Origin: Podarcis cretensis
Taxonomy: Eukaryota
Direction: 5' to 3'
DNA length: 64,000 bases
Assembly: GCA_951804945.1 (NCBI GenBank)
Contig: OX638155.1
Coordinates: forward strand, 47,926,001 to 47,990,000
The notes under the pieces are model-generated. The model had not been told where the DNA came from. It ran no database searches and saw only the letters and a program-made list of their open reading frames with translations. Positions 26,836 through 39,450 of the stretch are shown in pieces. Position 1 is the stretch's first letter, and each line of letters starts with the position of its first letter. The translations under genes were made by a program, and so were the position numbers.

Positions 26836-27247
26836 GGCACATTACCACATAACCCCAAATTTGTGTTTCTGAGTCAGCTACCACAACTTCTAAAATCTTG
26901 TATCCTCCTGTTCTTCATTTACAAATGTTGCACAAAATTTTGACAGTCTGAGAGCAATAGAAGTTAGAAACATCTGAACACTATAGGCCTGTATAAGAAT
27001 TTTGTAAGATGAAGTACTATTCTAACAGCATTGCAGAAAGTTCAGGTGTTTTGGCAAGAGAAGTCCAGAATGATAAGGTTGAGAAGGCTGCTGTCCCCAG
27101 TGAATTCTTCATTTCTAAAAATGCATTAGATACTGCCTTGACGAAGAAGGTTTTGCAGCTTAAATGCGCACAATTTTATGAAACATGAGTACTAAAATAC
27201 TTGTCAGGTTTACTTTCTTAAAATAAATGCTCTAATTTCACACAGTA

Positions 27248-27413
27248 GAGGCAACTCCCCGTTTGCGAGGGGGTCGCATTCCAGCTCATTGTGCTCATCG
27301 GCAAAGTGCAAGTAAGTCTGATCCCTTCTGCCCGGGCCCCTTTCAGGGCCAAAAATGGCTTGCACACCAGTGGTCGCACACCAATCAAACGCACGCAAAA
27401 TGGTCGCTGCTTG
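27248..27413. mobile_element. Degenerate Tigger-like MITE
   Basis: Imperfect TIRs flanked by TA; CpG-rich island in AT-rich intron. Confidence 0.45.
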
Positions 27414-27744
27414 TATCTAAACCAACCTGCCCCCTCTCTGTGCATATTGAGGGACACACAGAAAGTGGAAGTTAACCTTTTGAAAAATAGATATTAAACT
27501 GTATCAAAATGTGTGAGTTAAATTACTTGCAAACATCAGGACACAAAAGAGCAAAACTTATGCTGAGTATGAGATCAGCTAACTTTGCATCCATTACTAA
27601 GGCCTGATTGAGACATCTGGTCAGACAGAACAGGGGTGGTCCCATATTTACTGAGAAACTAGTTAAGGCTGTTCTTGCGGATCAGCTTGGAAAGTGTTTC
27701 AAAGCAACAAGAGAGTTCCTTATTATGAACGAAAAGCAAGTCAC

Positions 27745-27826
27745 CTTGAGAAGTGTCACATGACCTAATTACGGTGAGGAATCCAGAAATCTCTTTATCA
27801 AGTCTTTGTTGCCATGACTGTGCAAC
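27745..27826 (-). CDS. OSBPL1A: OSBPL1A exon 14 (VAQSWQQRLDKEISGFLTVIRSCDTSQ)
   Basis: AG/GT, 82 nt, similar to human KAQSCQQRLDREISNFL. Confidence 0.93.
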
Positions 27827-29699
27827 CTGTGGAGAGGAAACAGATATTTACACTTTCAGAATAACAAATCTTAAAGAGTTTCTTTCCAATTAAACATGAC
27901 CTACATCATTATAAAACTTGGTGCCAAACTAGGTGACATATGAGAGATGCCACTACAGATCTCTAATTTTCTTTTTAAGAAAAGAAAAGGAGAAAGAGAA
28001 GCAGAAAAGACAGCAGCCATGGAGGAACCATGACTTTTCCCTAAGGAGACAAATATCAGCTTTGGCGGGGATTTACACTGGGGAAATGTCAAGTGTCCCC
28101 TCACCGTTCCACAGTCCAAATTCAGGTGTACCTTCATTGCAGTTGCTTGTTTCAAAAACAAAGGGATGGAGATCTGATTACAGATTTCCAATTCTCATCT
28201 ACTTCGGCCCTCTATTTCAAAAAGAGAGCAGCTGCTCATATTATTTACATGTGAAATTTTACCAAAAAAAATGTTATCTACAAGTGTTAATCCAGCATTT
28301 TTTTAATGTATGGTTTTATTTCTAAAGTGTCACAATATAAAGGACATCCAAGAGCCATAGCAGCTCATTAAAAAAAATGGCTACCCATGAATTTCAGAAG
28401 CAATTCTCCTACCTTTCTTTGCTATTTACGAGTTTTACCTTGGCCATAAAGAGATAAAATAGGTGAAAGGACTTCTTAATGGGCAAACACAGTGGCATAA
28501 GCAATTTACTCAAACGTAATAGGATATGCAGTTTACTATAATTCAGAGGCTTGCACACCCTTCTGGATATATTGTTACATGCCACCTCAATCTCTGTAGC
28601 AGAGTAGATTCCATGGGTCCAGGCACAGCAGAGATTGTGGTGTCTTTATAATATATGGTTTATTTACCATCTTGGTTAAGTTAACAACTCATACTTAGCG
28701 GCCATTATCAGGCTGGCCTGGCAATTCTGGCAACTGAATCCCTGCTGGATCCAGGGATTCAGGAGGCTTGATGAAATTCTAACACCTATCAGATATTTAG
28801 GGGAATCTGGCACTGAGGAATTCAGGGGAATCAAGGCACCCACATAACATTATTATAGGTTGATTCAAGGAAGTATTATACCTATTTGTCTATCTCAAGT
28901 TAGGGGGAAGGAACCAAGCGTGGCTGGACTACAATTCTCACCATCTTTGACCATTTGCCATGCTGGCTGAGTCTGGTGGGAGTTAGAATCCAACAACATA
29001 CTGAAAAGTACAGGTTTTCCACCAGTATGTATACTGTCCTTTGCACGGTTAGCTTCAGTTAGGCTGAAATCCAGATATATGTCCCATTAATCTCAGACCT
29101 AATTTTAAGTAGACATACATAGGATCACCCTGTTAATAAGCCAATAAATGCATCCTGAGTTTGCCACATTGCTCACCCACACTCAGCGTTTAATAATGGC
29201 TATTGCTGATTCTGAGCTATAGTTTATTCTATTGGAAGCACCATCATACTGGGACAAAAAAAGAACAAACACGACATCAATTTCCAAACTAAGGCCCTCT
29301 ATGGCTGAAGGTACATCCTCTAGTTTCCAGAAGTACAATTGTTTTCAAGGTGACACAGCTGATGCTCAAATTTCACAGCATAAATTTTTAAGGCACTGAT
29401 AAAGCACATTAGACTAAGCAGAATTATTCACTAGTTGCCCTGAAATGAGCAATGCGCTGTAAGGTTTAACCAGAAACTATCTGCAACAGTACAGCATGTA
29501 CTGGCCCTATTTAGAGTTCTGCACACGCTGTAGTTATGTTCCCAGGTATGCCCCTTGGAAGATCTGTACAGTATAAAGAAAGGAAATTGGGATGAAGTAT
29601 GGATAGTAGAGGATGATTACAGGAAATAAAGTAGCTTAAAATTAATCTAAGATACTAGAAGAATGCAGTAAAACAAGCCAAGAAAAGAACATGTTCTAC

Positions 29700-30041
29700 A
29701 TCTGAAGGAGCATCTCCTCCCCCATCGTTCTGCCCGGACACTGAGGTCCAGCTCCGAGGGCCTTCTGGCGGTTCCCTCACTGCGAGAGGCCAAGTTACAG
29801 GGAACCAGGCAGAGGGCCTTCTCGGTAGTGGCGCCCACCCTGTGGAATGCCCTCCAATCAGATGTCAAAGCGATAAACAACTACCTGACATTCAGAAGAC
29901 ATCTGAAGGCAGCCCTGTTCAGGGAAGTTTTTAATATGTGACATTTTAGTGTATTTTTCATCTTTGTTGGAAGCCGCCCAGAGTGGCTGGGGAAACCCAG
30001 CCAGATGGGCGGAGTACAAATAAATAATAATAATAATAATA

Positions 30042-30088
<47 letters not shown>
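29700..30088 (+). mobile_element. 5'-truncated L2 3' end, same family
   Basis: Same 3' end with (TAA)n(TTA)n tail. Confidence 0.9.
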
Positions 30089-30091
<3 letters not shown>

Positions 30092-30324
30092 AAGAGAGGC
30101 AAAAGCTGTAAGAAGCCAAAGAGGTATTAGTTTGGCATGTGTAGTAGTTAACAGCCAGAAACACTGAACCATTGCACCACTGGGGACTCATATCATTCAT
30201 TTTTTTTCCTCCAGGGTTTTTGTTGGTGTTACTAAACCAAGACCTTCCATCCAGTTTCAAGCAAAGTTTTGTCAGTATTTAGGGATGACCAAACTCATGA
30301 AGTTCATTAAGAACTTTTAAAATA

Positions 30325-30681
30325 CAGTGGTGCCTCGCAAGACGAAATTAATCCGTTCCGTGAGGCTCTTCGTATAGCGGTTTTTTCGTCTTGAGAAGCA
30401 AGCCCATTGACAGCTTAGCGGATTAGCGCTATTAGCGGTTTAGCGGCTTTTAGCGAACAACTGTTAAGCGGCTTATCAGCGGATCAGCTGATAAGCGGCT
30501 TAGCGGCTTAGGAAAAGGGGGAAAAAAGGGGGGGGAAACCCGCAGGAACTCGCAAGACATTTTCGTCTTGCGAAGCAAGCCCATAGGGAAATTCGGTTTG
30601 CGAAGCGCCTCCAAAACGGAAAACCCTTTCCTCTAGCGGGTTTTCCGTCTTGCGAGGCGTTCGTCTTGCGGGGCACCACTG
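30325..30681. mobile_element. Mariner/pogo-type MITE family B with internal TTAGCGG repeats
   Basis: TIR CAGTGGTGCC(T/C)CGCAAGACGAA, TA TSD. Confidence 0.88.
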
Positions 30682-30774
30682 TACTGGAGAAATTTAATCT
30701 AATTACAACCCTAATTGGCCATCCAATTTTCAAAAATCGTCAATTGCTTTTCCAAATTAGTACTATTAGTATAT

Positions 30775-31135
30775 GGGACACGGGTGGCGCTGTGGTCTAA
30801 ACCACAGAGCCTAGGGATTGCCGCTCAAAAGGTCGGCGGTTCGAATCCCCACAATGGGGTGAGCTCCCGTTGCTCAGTCCCAGCTCCTGCCAACCTAGCA
30901 GTTCAAAAGCACACCAATATGCAAGTAGATACGGTAAATAGGTACCGCTCCGGCGGGAAGGTAAACGGCGTTTCCGTGCACTGTTCTGGTCCGCCAGAAG
31001 CAGCTTAGTCATGCTGGCCACATGACCTGGAAGCTGTACGCCGGCTCCCTTGGCCAGTAAAGCGAGATGAGCACCTCAACTCCAGAGTCGTCCATCACTG
31101 GACCTAATGGTCGGGGGTCCCTTTATCTTTAGCTT
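30775..31135 (+). mobile_element. Sauria SINE (full length)
   Basis: GGGACACGGGTGGCGCTGTGG head, B box GGTTCGAATCC, CTTTA tail; TSD TACTATTAGTATA (30761-30773 / 31136-31148). Confidence 0.9.
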
Positions 31136-31794
31136 TACTATTAGTATACCACCTTTCATCTGTAGATCTCAGGACAGTTCACAACATAAAATTACAATAT
31201 ATAAACCACAAAATACATAGTAAAAATAATAACAACAACAAACCAATAATCCCCCTTCCCACAGGAAGTGTATATTTTTATGCAAGATAAGAGTTTAGAT
31301 ATCAAATTATTCTTAGGATAAAAAAAATACTAGCACTGCAACTGTGCATTTTGTTAGACTTACTTATTTACCTTATTACTATAATGAAAATCAATTACTG
31401 AACTTTTTTTCTTATGCTAGAACTGTTTCCTATAATCAGAGGTTTTCAAATAATCTTTTAATACTGTTGTTGTTGTTTTAAAAAAATACCTACGCAGGTC
31501 TTCAGAAATATTTAAACAAAACAGCTCCCTCTTCTGGCTTGAAGCAGTAAAACCCTCTCTCCTCTCCCCACTACCTCTAGTAAATGAGAAGGTGTTACTC
31601 TGGACAGCATCCTGTTTTGAGTGTCACATGGCTACATAGACTGAATTAAAGTTGCTTTAGAAGTGAATTACATCCAGTTAATGACTTAAATGAATGTAAC
31701 TTAAAGTGACTGTTTTTTCTTGTTTGGTATCCGAGGAAAAGTTAATTACTTTCTTATTAGACAACTTAAAGGCAGGCAGGAAAGTGTTCAGAAG

Positions 31795-31942
31795 CAGTGG
31801 CGTAGCGTGGGGGGTGCAGGGGGGGGCCGGCCGCACTGGGCGCAACATCTGGGGGTTAGGGTTAGGGGGCGCAAATCCATGGGTTAGGGGGCGCAAATTA
31901 CTTGCCTTGCCCCGGGTGCTAACAACCCACGCTACACCACTG
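31795..31942. mobile_element. hAT MITE with telomere-like internal repeats
   Basis: TIR CAGTGGCGTAGCGTGGG / CCCACGCTACACCACTG, perfect 8-bp TSD TTCAGAAG. Confidence 0.9.
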
Positions 31943-32007
31943 TTCAGAAGAACTATATCTGCCCAGTAGCTAGTTCTAAAAAAAAACCACAGTAGAAGAA
32001 GCTGATA

Positions 32008-32251
32008 CAGTGGTACCTCGGGTTAAGTACTTAATTCGTTCCGGAGGTCTGTTCTTAACCTGAAACTGTTTTTAACCTGAAGCACCACTTTAGCTAATGG
32101 GGCCCCCTGCTGCCGCCGTGCCGCCGGAGCACGATTTCTGTTCTCATCCTGAAGCAATGTTCTTAACCTGAAGCACTGTTTCTTGGTTAGCGGAGTGTGT
32201 AACCTGAAGCGTATGTAACCTGAAGCGTATATGTAACCCGAGGTACCACTG
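32008..32251. mobile_element. MITE family A
   Basis: TIR CAGTGGTACCTCGGGTTA, TA TSD. Confidence 0.9.
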
Positions 32252-33229
32252 TATATTTTACACACTATTTTAAGTAGTGCCATGAAGACCTTCAGACCTG
32301 GGACATACATGTATATATAAACGTATGTGTGAAATTGTTTTAAAGAAGAGAGAGGAGAAGTTCCAATGTGCAGCCAGAAATCCTTGAACTAACAGAACTA
32401 CTTTGTTGGATATACAGTACTAACAGATGTGAATTGTAAAGTGAAGCATCTTAGGAGCCAGATGCAAGATTAGCTGTTTTACTGCTGTTTTAGGAGTATT
32501 TGTTTGCCATGTAGTGTCTGTTTGTATATTTCTAACTTAAAGTATTACCACAAGTCTCTGGTGCCCCCCCAAATCCAAAGGAAATTAAAATGTGTGGCAT
32601 TATCTGTAAATGTCTCATTTCTTCAGGAAGTGGTTTTTAACTTAACGGCTATCATGAACTGCATGTACAACTCATGTCAAGACTATTTAGCTGAATGCTG
32701 GGCTACAATAGGAATAATGTTAATAAATGAAAAATGAGGAAATAGTAGCAACACTTGTAGCAGAAATCAAAAGAAGCCCAAATATCAACAAGGTCTGCAT
32801 CTCTCTGAGTTTGATAGCAGTGACGGGAGTGGGAAGCTGAAGAGCTTGTTCCAGGAATTCAAAACACTGGAAGTGCATACGCTAGAATCCCCAGATCTGT
32901 GCCTCATCCCCAAATCTGGCTGCAAAAGCAAGGAAATTCAACCCGTTGTTGTTCTCATACAGAACAAATGAAAATGGCGGCTCAAAATGCAAGAGAATGG
33001 CTTAAAGATAAAGCCTAGTATGTGTGAGGGAGGGAGAAAGCAAAAGGAGAGAGATTCCTTTACAGACCTTTTAAGTTCTATTATGTACACCTTTAAACCT
33101 TCGTTGCACAGACCAGGGCACCTCGTGTTGGTGTATTCCAGAGGAAAGGCCCTAGGGTAAAAGTTATCCAGAAATTCAGAGAGTCAAGAAGACCTCTACG
33201 TAGCATGAGATACAGAAGCTTTTTCTTAC

Positions 33230-33355
33230 TTTGAGGGAAGCTTGTAACTCAGCAACTGATATTGTGTCATCCTCCTCTTCTTCATCGCTCAGTTGTTCCT
33301 GAGTACAATAGTGTGTGCTGTATGCTGAATGGTCTTCTATTGCCTGTACCCAGTT
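33230..33355 (-). CDS. OSBPL1A: OSBPL1A exon 13 (NWVQAIEDHSAYSTHYCTQEQLSDEEEEDDTISVAELQASLK)
   Basis: AG/GTAAGA, 126 nt. Confidence 0.95.
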
Positions 33356-34092
33356 CTGTGGGGAAAAAGGGGGGAGGTTTCAGCAGAAAGCAGTATTTGG
33401 TACTTTTTGGTATTTGGTACTTTTTAATTTTTAATAGGGTATAGTCCACACAAATCATCACGGCTCTTATCTTGAGAGCTTACCAACAGAGGTGACAAAG
33501 ATGGGGTGGCAAAAGTTAGATAGCAATGAAGGAAGGAAGTGGTATGATAAGACTTTTTTTTAAAAAAAAGACTGATCTTGAGGGGGAGGGGATCTTTGTT
33601 AAAGACCAACAGGCAAGCATCTAGTAAGGTATTTTTTAATTAAAGCTTATGGGGCACAAATAGTATATGAATTAATATATATAAGAGCATAAACACTTGT
33701 TTTATTTGTCCCTGTCATTTCTCATAGGCATTTCATGAAAAGTTGGGTTTGACCCTGCATGGAGCACTGTGGACATGGGGGTGCCTTTAATGTCAGCCTT
33801 CCCTAGTCTGATTAGCGAAGGAAGTTGCAGCGAAGGAAGGGAAATTTTCAGGCAGAGTGAGAAGAATGCAGTTTAGTTATTGCCTTGCTTTCCCTGTGAA
33901 GCACAAGGAGTAGACAAAGCTACAACTACACAGCACCATTCATCATGGCAATAAGATAATTTAGTGTGGCATTACAAGAACTCAATAAATTCAGCCTCTA
34001 AAGATTCCTATCCAACGACATTTAGGCAAGCAGTGGTTTTGTTCTTGGCAAGAATCCACAAGTTACCAAGTATTGGTTAAAGAAATACTTAC

Positions 34093-34188
34093 CTCTCTTG
34101 ACTGTTGATTGGTCTTGGGAACTTTAAAACTGTGAACCGTATTATCAAAGCATTTGATTGAGAAGAGGTTGCCGTCTGTACTTTTTAC
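34093..34188 (-). CDS. OSBPL1A: OSBPL1A exon 12, PH (VKSTDGNLFSIKCFDNTVHSFKVPKTNQQSRE)
   Basis: AG/GTAAGT, 96 nt. Confidence 0.95.
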
Positions 34189-35479
34189 CTTCAATTGGAA
34201 GCAGAGACAGCAGGTCAGAAACAGAAGGTCAACAAACTGCACAGTGCTTCCTATACAAGTTCCATCTGCAAAAGTGACTAAGTTATTGAAAAATTTACAG
34301 GTCAAATCCAACATCCCTAGTTTGTCTGGACCTTGTTCACTTAAAGCTCTATAACTGGGGGAAAAAAAAAGAATAGCAAACTATCAAGCAAAATGAGTTT
34401 TGTCAGAGATAATTCAGTTGGTGTATTTGTATCTCGTTAAATCCATGCCCACTTCATTCTTTCAGAGAAAATTTGGTGCAAAAAAACCCAACAACATCAT
34501 TCTGAGAATCTCATTTTAAAATAAAAATCAGATTACTATTATTATGTCTTTACTTCTAACCTGCATTTTTCCCTGACAGGGACTCAAGGTGGCTTACAAA
34601 TAAAACAAGAACAGCTAAAAACAGAGAGATAAAAAAAAAAAAACCCAATCATTAATAAAACAGTTAAACATCAATAGAAGATACATTAAAAACATATAGA
34701 TGATTACAATGAAAACAACACAGCCCTTTCATTAAAAGCATACAGTTCCCTGTTGAAAACCCCGTTGAAGATTTTAATAATCATGACTGTTAAGGATAGG
34801 TTTGAACATGTTATGGGCAAATGTCAGGGTTTGTGGAGTCAAGGTGAGGTCCAGCAGTACTTCCAGTAACCAAAGGGCAGAGCATTCTATGTTCTCTGTT
34901 GTTATTTCCCCCGCCCTGTAACTAACAAAAGAAGAATGCAAAACAGCATATATGCCAACTTGCTTAGTTTTGCATACTGTACAAATCACAGAGCAGAGTC
35001 CTCATTTTCCTGCAGCGTTTGCAACCCCTTTGTTGCAATTCTGCTTTTTAATCACAGCCTTGGCATTGTGTGACTGTTTTCAAAAATATATTTGGCTATG
35101 AATTCTGAGTCCCACTTGGAGGTCATCGTTCTTTACCCCTACTCACAATAAGTTTAAGCTGATGTGTGCATTTTACACAGTAATTTATTTTTATAAGTTT
35201 ATTACTGTGGATAGGGCATGTTGCAAAACTATAAGTTGTACTGCTTGTTACCTGACTGTTAGCCTTTTTAGAAGCTAGGTTGATTTAAAAAATGATACCC
35301 TAAAAAAAGGAATGCCCTGCAAACACAAAGCCCGAACATGTAGAATTCTAGTAGATTTTTCTAAGGAATGGGAGGAAATATCATGTGCCATAAGTAGAGG
35401 ATACGTAATTCTCCTCAGCTGTTTAAAGTATCTATGCCTCAAAAGTGGCTCACAAATAAGAACCAGATAATGCCATAAT

Positions 35480-36033
35480 GGCTCCATGATCACTGCAGAT
35501 GGTGACAGCAGCCACGAAATTAAAAGACGCCTGCTTCTTGGGAGAAAAGCAATGACAAACCTAGGCAGCATCTTAAAAAGTAGAGACATCACCATGCCAA
35601 TAAAGGTCCGTATAGTGATGTATGGAAGTGAAAGCTGGACCATAAAGAAGGCTGCTCACTGAAGAATTGATGCTTTTGAATTATGGTGCTGGAGGAGACT
35701 CTTGAGAGTCCCATAGACTGCAAGAAGATCAAACCTATCCATTCTTAAGGAAATCAGCCCTGAGTGCTCACTGAAAGGACAGATCGTGAAGCTGAGGCTC
35801 CAATACTTTGGCCACCTCATGAGAAGAGAAGACTCCCTGGAAAAGACCCTGATGTTGGGAAAGATGGAGGGCACGAGGAGAAGGGGACGACAGAGGACAA
35901 GATGGTTGGATAGTGTTCTCGAAGCTACCAGCATGAGTTTGACCAAACTGTGGGAGACAGTGGAAGACAGAAGTGCCTGGCGTGCTCTGGTCCATGGGGT
36001 CGCGAGGAGTCGGACACGACTAAACGACAACAA
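35480..36033 (+). mobile_element. RTE-BovB LINE 3' fragment
   Basis: KLRLQYFGHLMRREDSLEKTLMLGKMEG..RGRQRTRWLD, 3' end GGAGTCGGACACGACT and (CAA)n tail; imperfect TSD at(g/a)ccataa. Confidence 0.92.
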
Positions 36034-36192
36034 TACCATAACACCAAAAATAAAAACAGAACAACCTTGGCTAAAAATGCTTGCTCTGTTGCTTGGGTAT
36101 CTGAACCTGGATATTCCATACCTAAGCCTAACACACTAGCCCATTCTGTCCACAATCATAACAGATATTTCTGAGTTCCCCAGTTTGCTTAC

Positions 36193-36256
36193 TGTGCAAA
36201 TGGCTTGTGTTAAGTGCTTGCATCCTTGGCGGCGATTACTGTTCCCAATATCAGCC
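36193..36256 (-). CDS. OSBPL1A: OSBPL1A exon 11, PH (QADIGNSNRRQGCKHLTQAICT)
   Basis: AG/GTAAGC, 64 nt. Confidence 0.94.
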
Positions 36257-36699
36257 CTTCAAAAGAAGGCAGAACAAATAATTAATCATTATCATCATCA
36301 TCAGTATTACAGCCACCAAAAGGCTTTTGGAGTGATGCAGAATTTCTTTATAGTAGAATGTGATTGGGTGGTATTTGACTGAGTCGTACCTGGAATAAAC
36401 CCACTGAACTCAGTGGACTTAAGACCAATAATAAAATACTGCCCATTATATTTACACTGAAAACAAATGCAAAGGTAGTTTTCCTTGTAATACAAGTCAA
36501 TCCATCATAATATAAATAAAAACCACATTCTTCAAATACATAGAATGATAAAATTATAATCTTAAGAAATAAATTTCAACTTATGTATAGGTAAAGAAAG
36601 TTCAACTTTTCAACAATTTCAAAATCATGTTTCAAAAGCAGATGGTATCAATATTATACATTCAAAAGGCTTTAGAGAGATGCTCAATTTCACACTTAC

Positions 36700-36773
36700 T
36701 GTTTTTGGTACCAGGAGAGGACTCCATGTTCCAGTACTACCCAATATGGCTTCCACCCAAAAAATCTTGAACT
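36700..36773 (-). CDS. OSBPL1A: OSBPL1A exon 10, PH (SSRFFGWKPYWVVLEHGVLSWYQK)
   Basis: AG/GTAAGT, 74 nt. Confidence 0.96.
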
Positions 36774-37445
36774 CTTAAAAACAAAACAAAAATGGAGTCT
36801 ATCACCTCAGCAATAGCTGAATTTGCCATGTGTTGCTGCATGACAAACAATAATAAGCATTACTAAGCAGCTTTAATGCTGAACAATACATCCTTAATGG
36901 TTTTAATTATCTCAGGAGGCCAGGAGTTTTGAAGATGACTACTCTGCTATTTGTTCTGTGATACTTGACTGATAGTAAACAGAAGTAATGCTTACTTGAA
37001 AACTTCAGCTAGAGCCTGGGAAGGATGATCATTTTCACCTGAGAGTTACAAAAGGCTGCAAGTACAGTTACTACTAGCCTACCCCGTGGACATTTAGTTA
37101 AAGTGAGGATGGAACAATAGCCTTCTTTTCAAGTATATCCCCAAAGCCTGTGACTTCTGAGTCAAGCATCTAGCTGCACAGCTCATTATAATGTAATAAA
37201 CTGTAATTGGTTCAATTCTTGAAGTACTATTGATCAGATATGAAGAAAAGATTCAAGCAGCCTATATTTCATACATGTCAGGGAAGTTAAGACATTTTGT
37301 CACCCACTAGCCTTTAAGACAACAGCAACAATACGGAACAGATGGGTCATATTAGAAATGGAAGAGCTCAAATGGAAGATATAACCTGGGGCGGATCTAC
37401 TCTCATGCTTTATAATGTTAAGGTTGTACAATGACAATAAAGGTA

Positions 37446-37673
37446 CAATGGTACCTCGGGTTAAGTACTTAATTTGTTCTGGAGGTCCGTTCTTAACCTG
37501 AAACTGTTCTTAACCTGAAGCACCACTTTAGCTAATGGGACCTTCTGCTGCTGCACAATTTCTGTTCTCATCCTGAAGTAAAGTTCTTAACCTGAGGTAG
37601 TATTTCTGGGTTAGCGGAGTCTGTAACCTGAAGCGTATGTAACCTGAAGCGTATGTAACCCGAGATACCATTG
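37446..37673. mobile_element. MITE family A
   Basis: TIR CAATGGTACCTCGGG / CCCGAGATACCATTG, TA TSD. Confidence 0.88.
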
Positions 37674-37908
37674 TATTATTAATTATTATTATTATTATTA
37701 TTATTATGAAAGAGGCAAGGAAGGATTTTGAAGACGTAAGGGTCACATTACATTTTGCTAAGAATGTTAATAATGCTATATTAAAATGTGACACCAGAGG
37801 GCACTGCAGAGCAACCAGGAACCAGGTAGGAAAGGGAGCTGCTGTTAGGGATGAACAACGTTAAGGTAATGAACATTATTTAGCTGTATCCCCTGTGACA
37901 TTTTAGAA

Positions 37909-38047
37909 CAGGCATCTCCAACCTGCGGCCCTCCAGATGTTTTGGCCTACGACTCCCATGATCCCTAGCAGCTAACAGGACCAGTGGTCAGGGATGGTGG
38001 GAATTGTAGTCCAAAACATCTGGAGGGCTGAAGGTTGGGGGTGCCTG
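37909..38047. mobile_element. hAT MITE (palindromic)
   Basis: Long TIRs, perfect 8-bp TSD TTTTAGAA. Confidence 0.9.
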
Positions 38048-38338
38048 TTTTAGAACAATACAGCTAATATTGTTCTAATAACACTAAAAAGGTCAGCGTA
38101 AAACCAGCCCTGGAGAAAGGAGACACACTGGCCTCTGGCCTGCTCCCAAGAGCCATTGCCTCAGCAAAGCAGTTCAAGATAAGGGCATTTATGGTATGAA
38201 TTCTGCTTCTATCTTGAGAGTTAGTACAGTGAATGAACCGTCTATCAGTTTGTGTTATTGCTATGGCTTGAAAAAAAAAAAAAACTCTGGCCAATTAAAA
38301 CATAAGGAGAAGGCAAAAAAGGAAAAAAAGATAGGCAC

Positions 38339-38383
38339 CTTCCAGAGTAGTCCTTCATATCGTTTCGGAGGTTTGTTGCTCAC
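38339..38383 (-). CDS. OSBPL1A: OSBPL1A exon 9, PH domain start (VSNKPPKRYEGLLWK)
   Basis: AG/GT, 45 nt. Confidence 0.94.
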
Positions 38384-38462
38384 CTGCAAAAGAATTGAGA
38401 AATTAAACACAAGTCGACCCATGTTAATGGTACAGATTAAACACACAATCTGCTGTACCCAC

Positions 38463-38530
38463 CTTCCCAATGCCCCCTCCAAGTATGTGTTTCATTTCTG
38501 CACCTTGGGCTAAAGCAAGGGGTGTCTGAC
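38463..38530 (-). CDS. OSBPL1A: OSBPL1A exon 8 (GQTPLALAQGAEMKHILGGGIGK)
   Basis: AG/GT (AAG|GTGGGT), 68 nt, two codons longer than the recalled human exon, phase preserved. Confidence 0.9.
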
Positions 38531-39055
38531 CTGTTCAAAAGAGCAGACGGATTTACTTCATCGTAGCTGGATCAGAATCAATACAGTTGGCAACTCTGAG
38601 AATATACCTTATGTTTCACAGCTGAGAGGAAAAGCAAAGGATGCTCTCTTGGTTTGAGGTATTGTTCAACAGGCATTTTACTCAAGGTATCACAAAGGAT
38701 TGATTCAAAAATTATTCTACTAAACATAGCCATGCTCAGTTTTTTAATGTGAGAATGACGTTAGCAACAAAAGTCCTTTCAAGAATGCATCAGACGGTAC
38801 TGGTTAAGCATATGGGCTTTGTAAGAGCTAAAATAGGATTATTGGGTATTTATTTTCATCGGCATCTGGCACTTATTTACTAGCAACACAAACCCAGATT
38901 AAAATTCTCTAATACAAAGCCAATTGACAGCGCTAAAATACAATACTCTAGACCCAGTTAGATGAAAATAATATTTTATTTTTAGTTAACCCATTCACTT
39001 TGCTTTTCGTGTGAAAGGGAAAATCTGGAGCTAATAAAATGAAACTTTTACATAC

Positions 39056-39200
39056 CATTTTTGTTCTTTATTTTGGAGTCTGCTCCAGATTTTAGGAGCT
39101 TCAAAGCACAGTGCTTATGGCCACGGTATGCTGCACAATGTAATGGTGTATTTCCCACCTGATCAGTGCAGTTGATGTCAGGAGAATTTGACCTGTTTAA
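39056..39200 (-). CDS. OSBPL1A: OSBPL1A exon 7, ankyrin (LNRSNSPDINCTDQVGNTPLHCAAYRGHKHCALKLLKSGADSKIKNKN)
   Basis: AG/GT, 145 nt, GNTPLH motif. Confidence 0.96.
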
Positions 39201-39450
39201 CTAGAGGCAATTATAAAAAAAACATTATTTAATCATACTTGTAATTTTTTGCAGTTACATTTTCTAACACACCACAGACAGCCGAGCAGAATTATAGACA
39301 GAAAGCACTACTAGAGCTCCTGGCCATTCCACTGCCTGAGATCTATTTCCACCATGACTATTATCTATTTTGATTTTAAAACCCTGTATTTAGGCATTAC
39401 TTGTATAGTATGGCTTAAAAATATCAAGAGAATGGTAACACAGTATGTAC

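Noticed and set aside
30775-30860. tRNA gene (A/B boxes)
   Set aside because: This is the tRNA-derived head of a Sauria SINE; no cloverleaf. The same applies to the other SINE heads.
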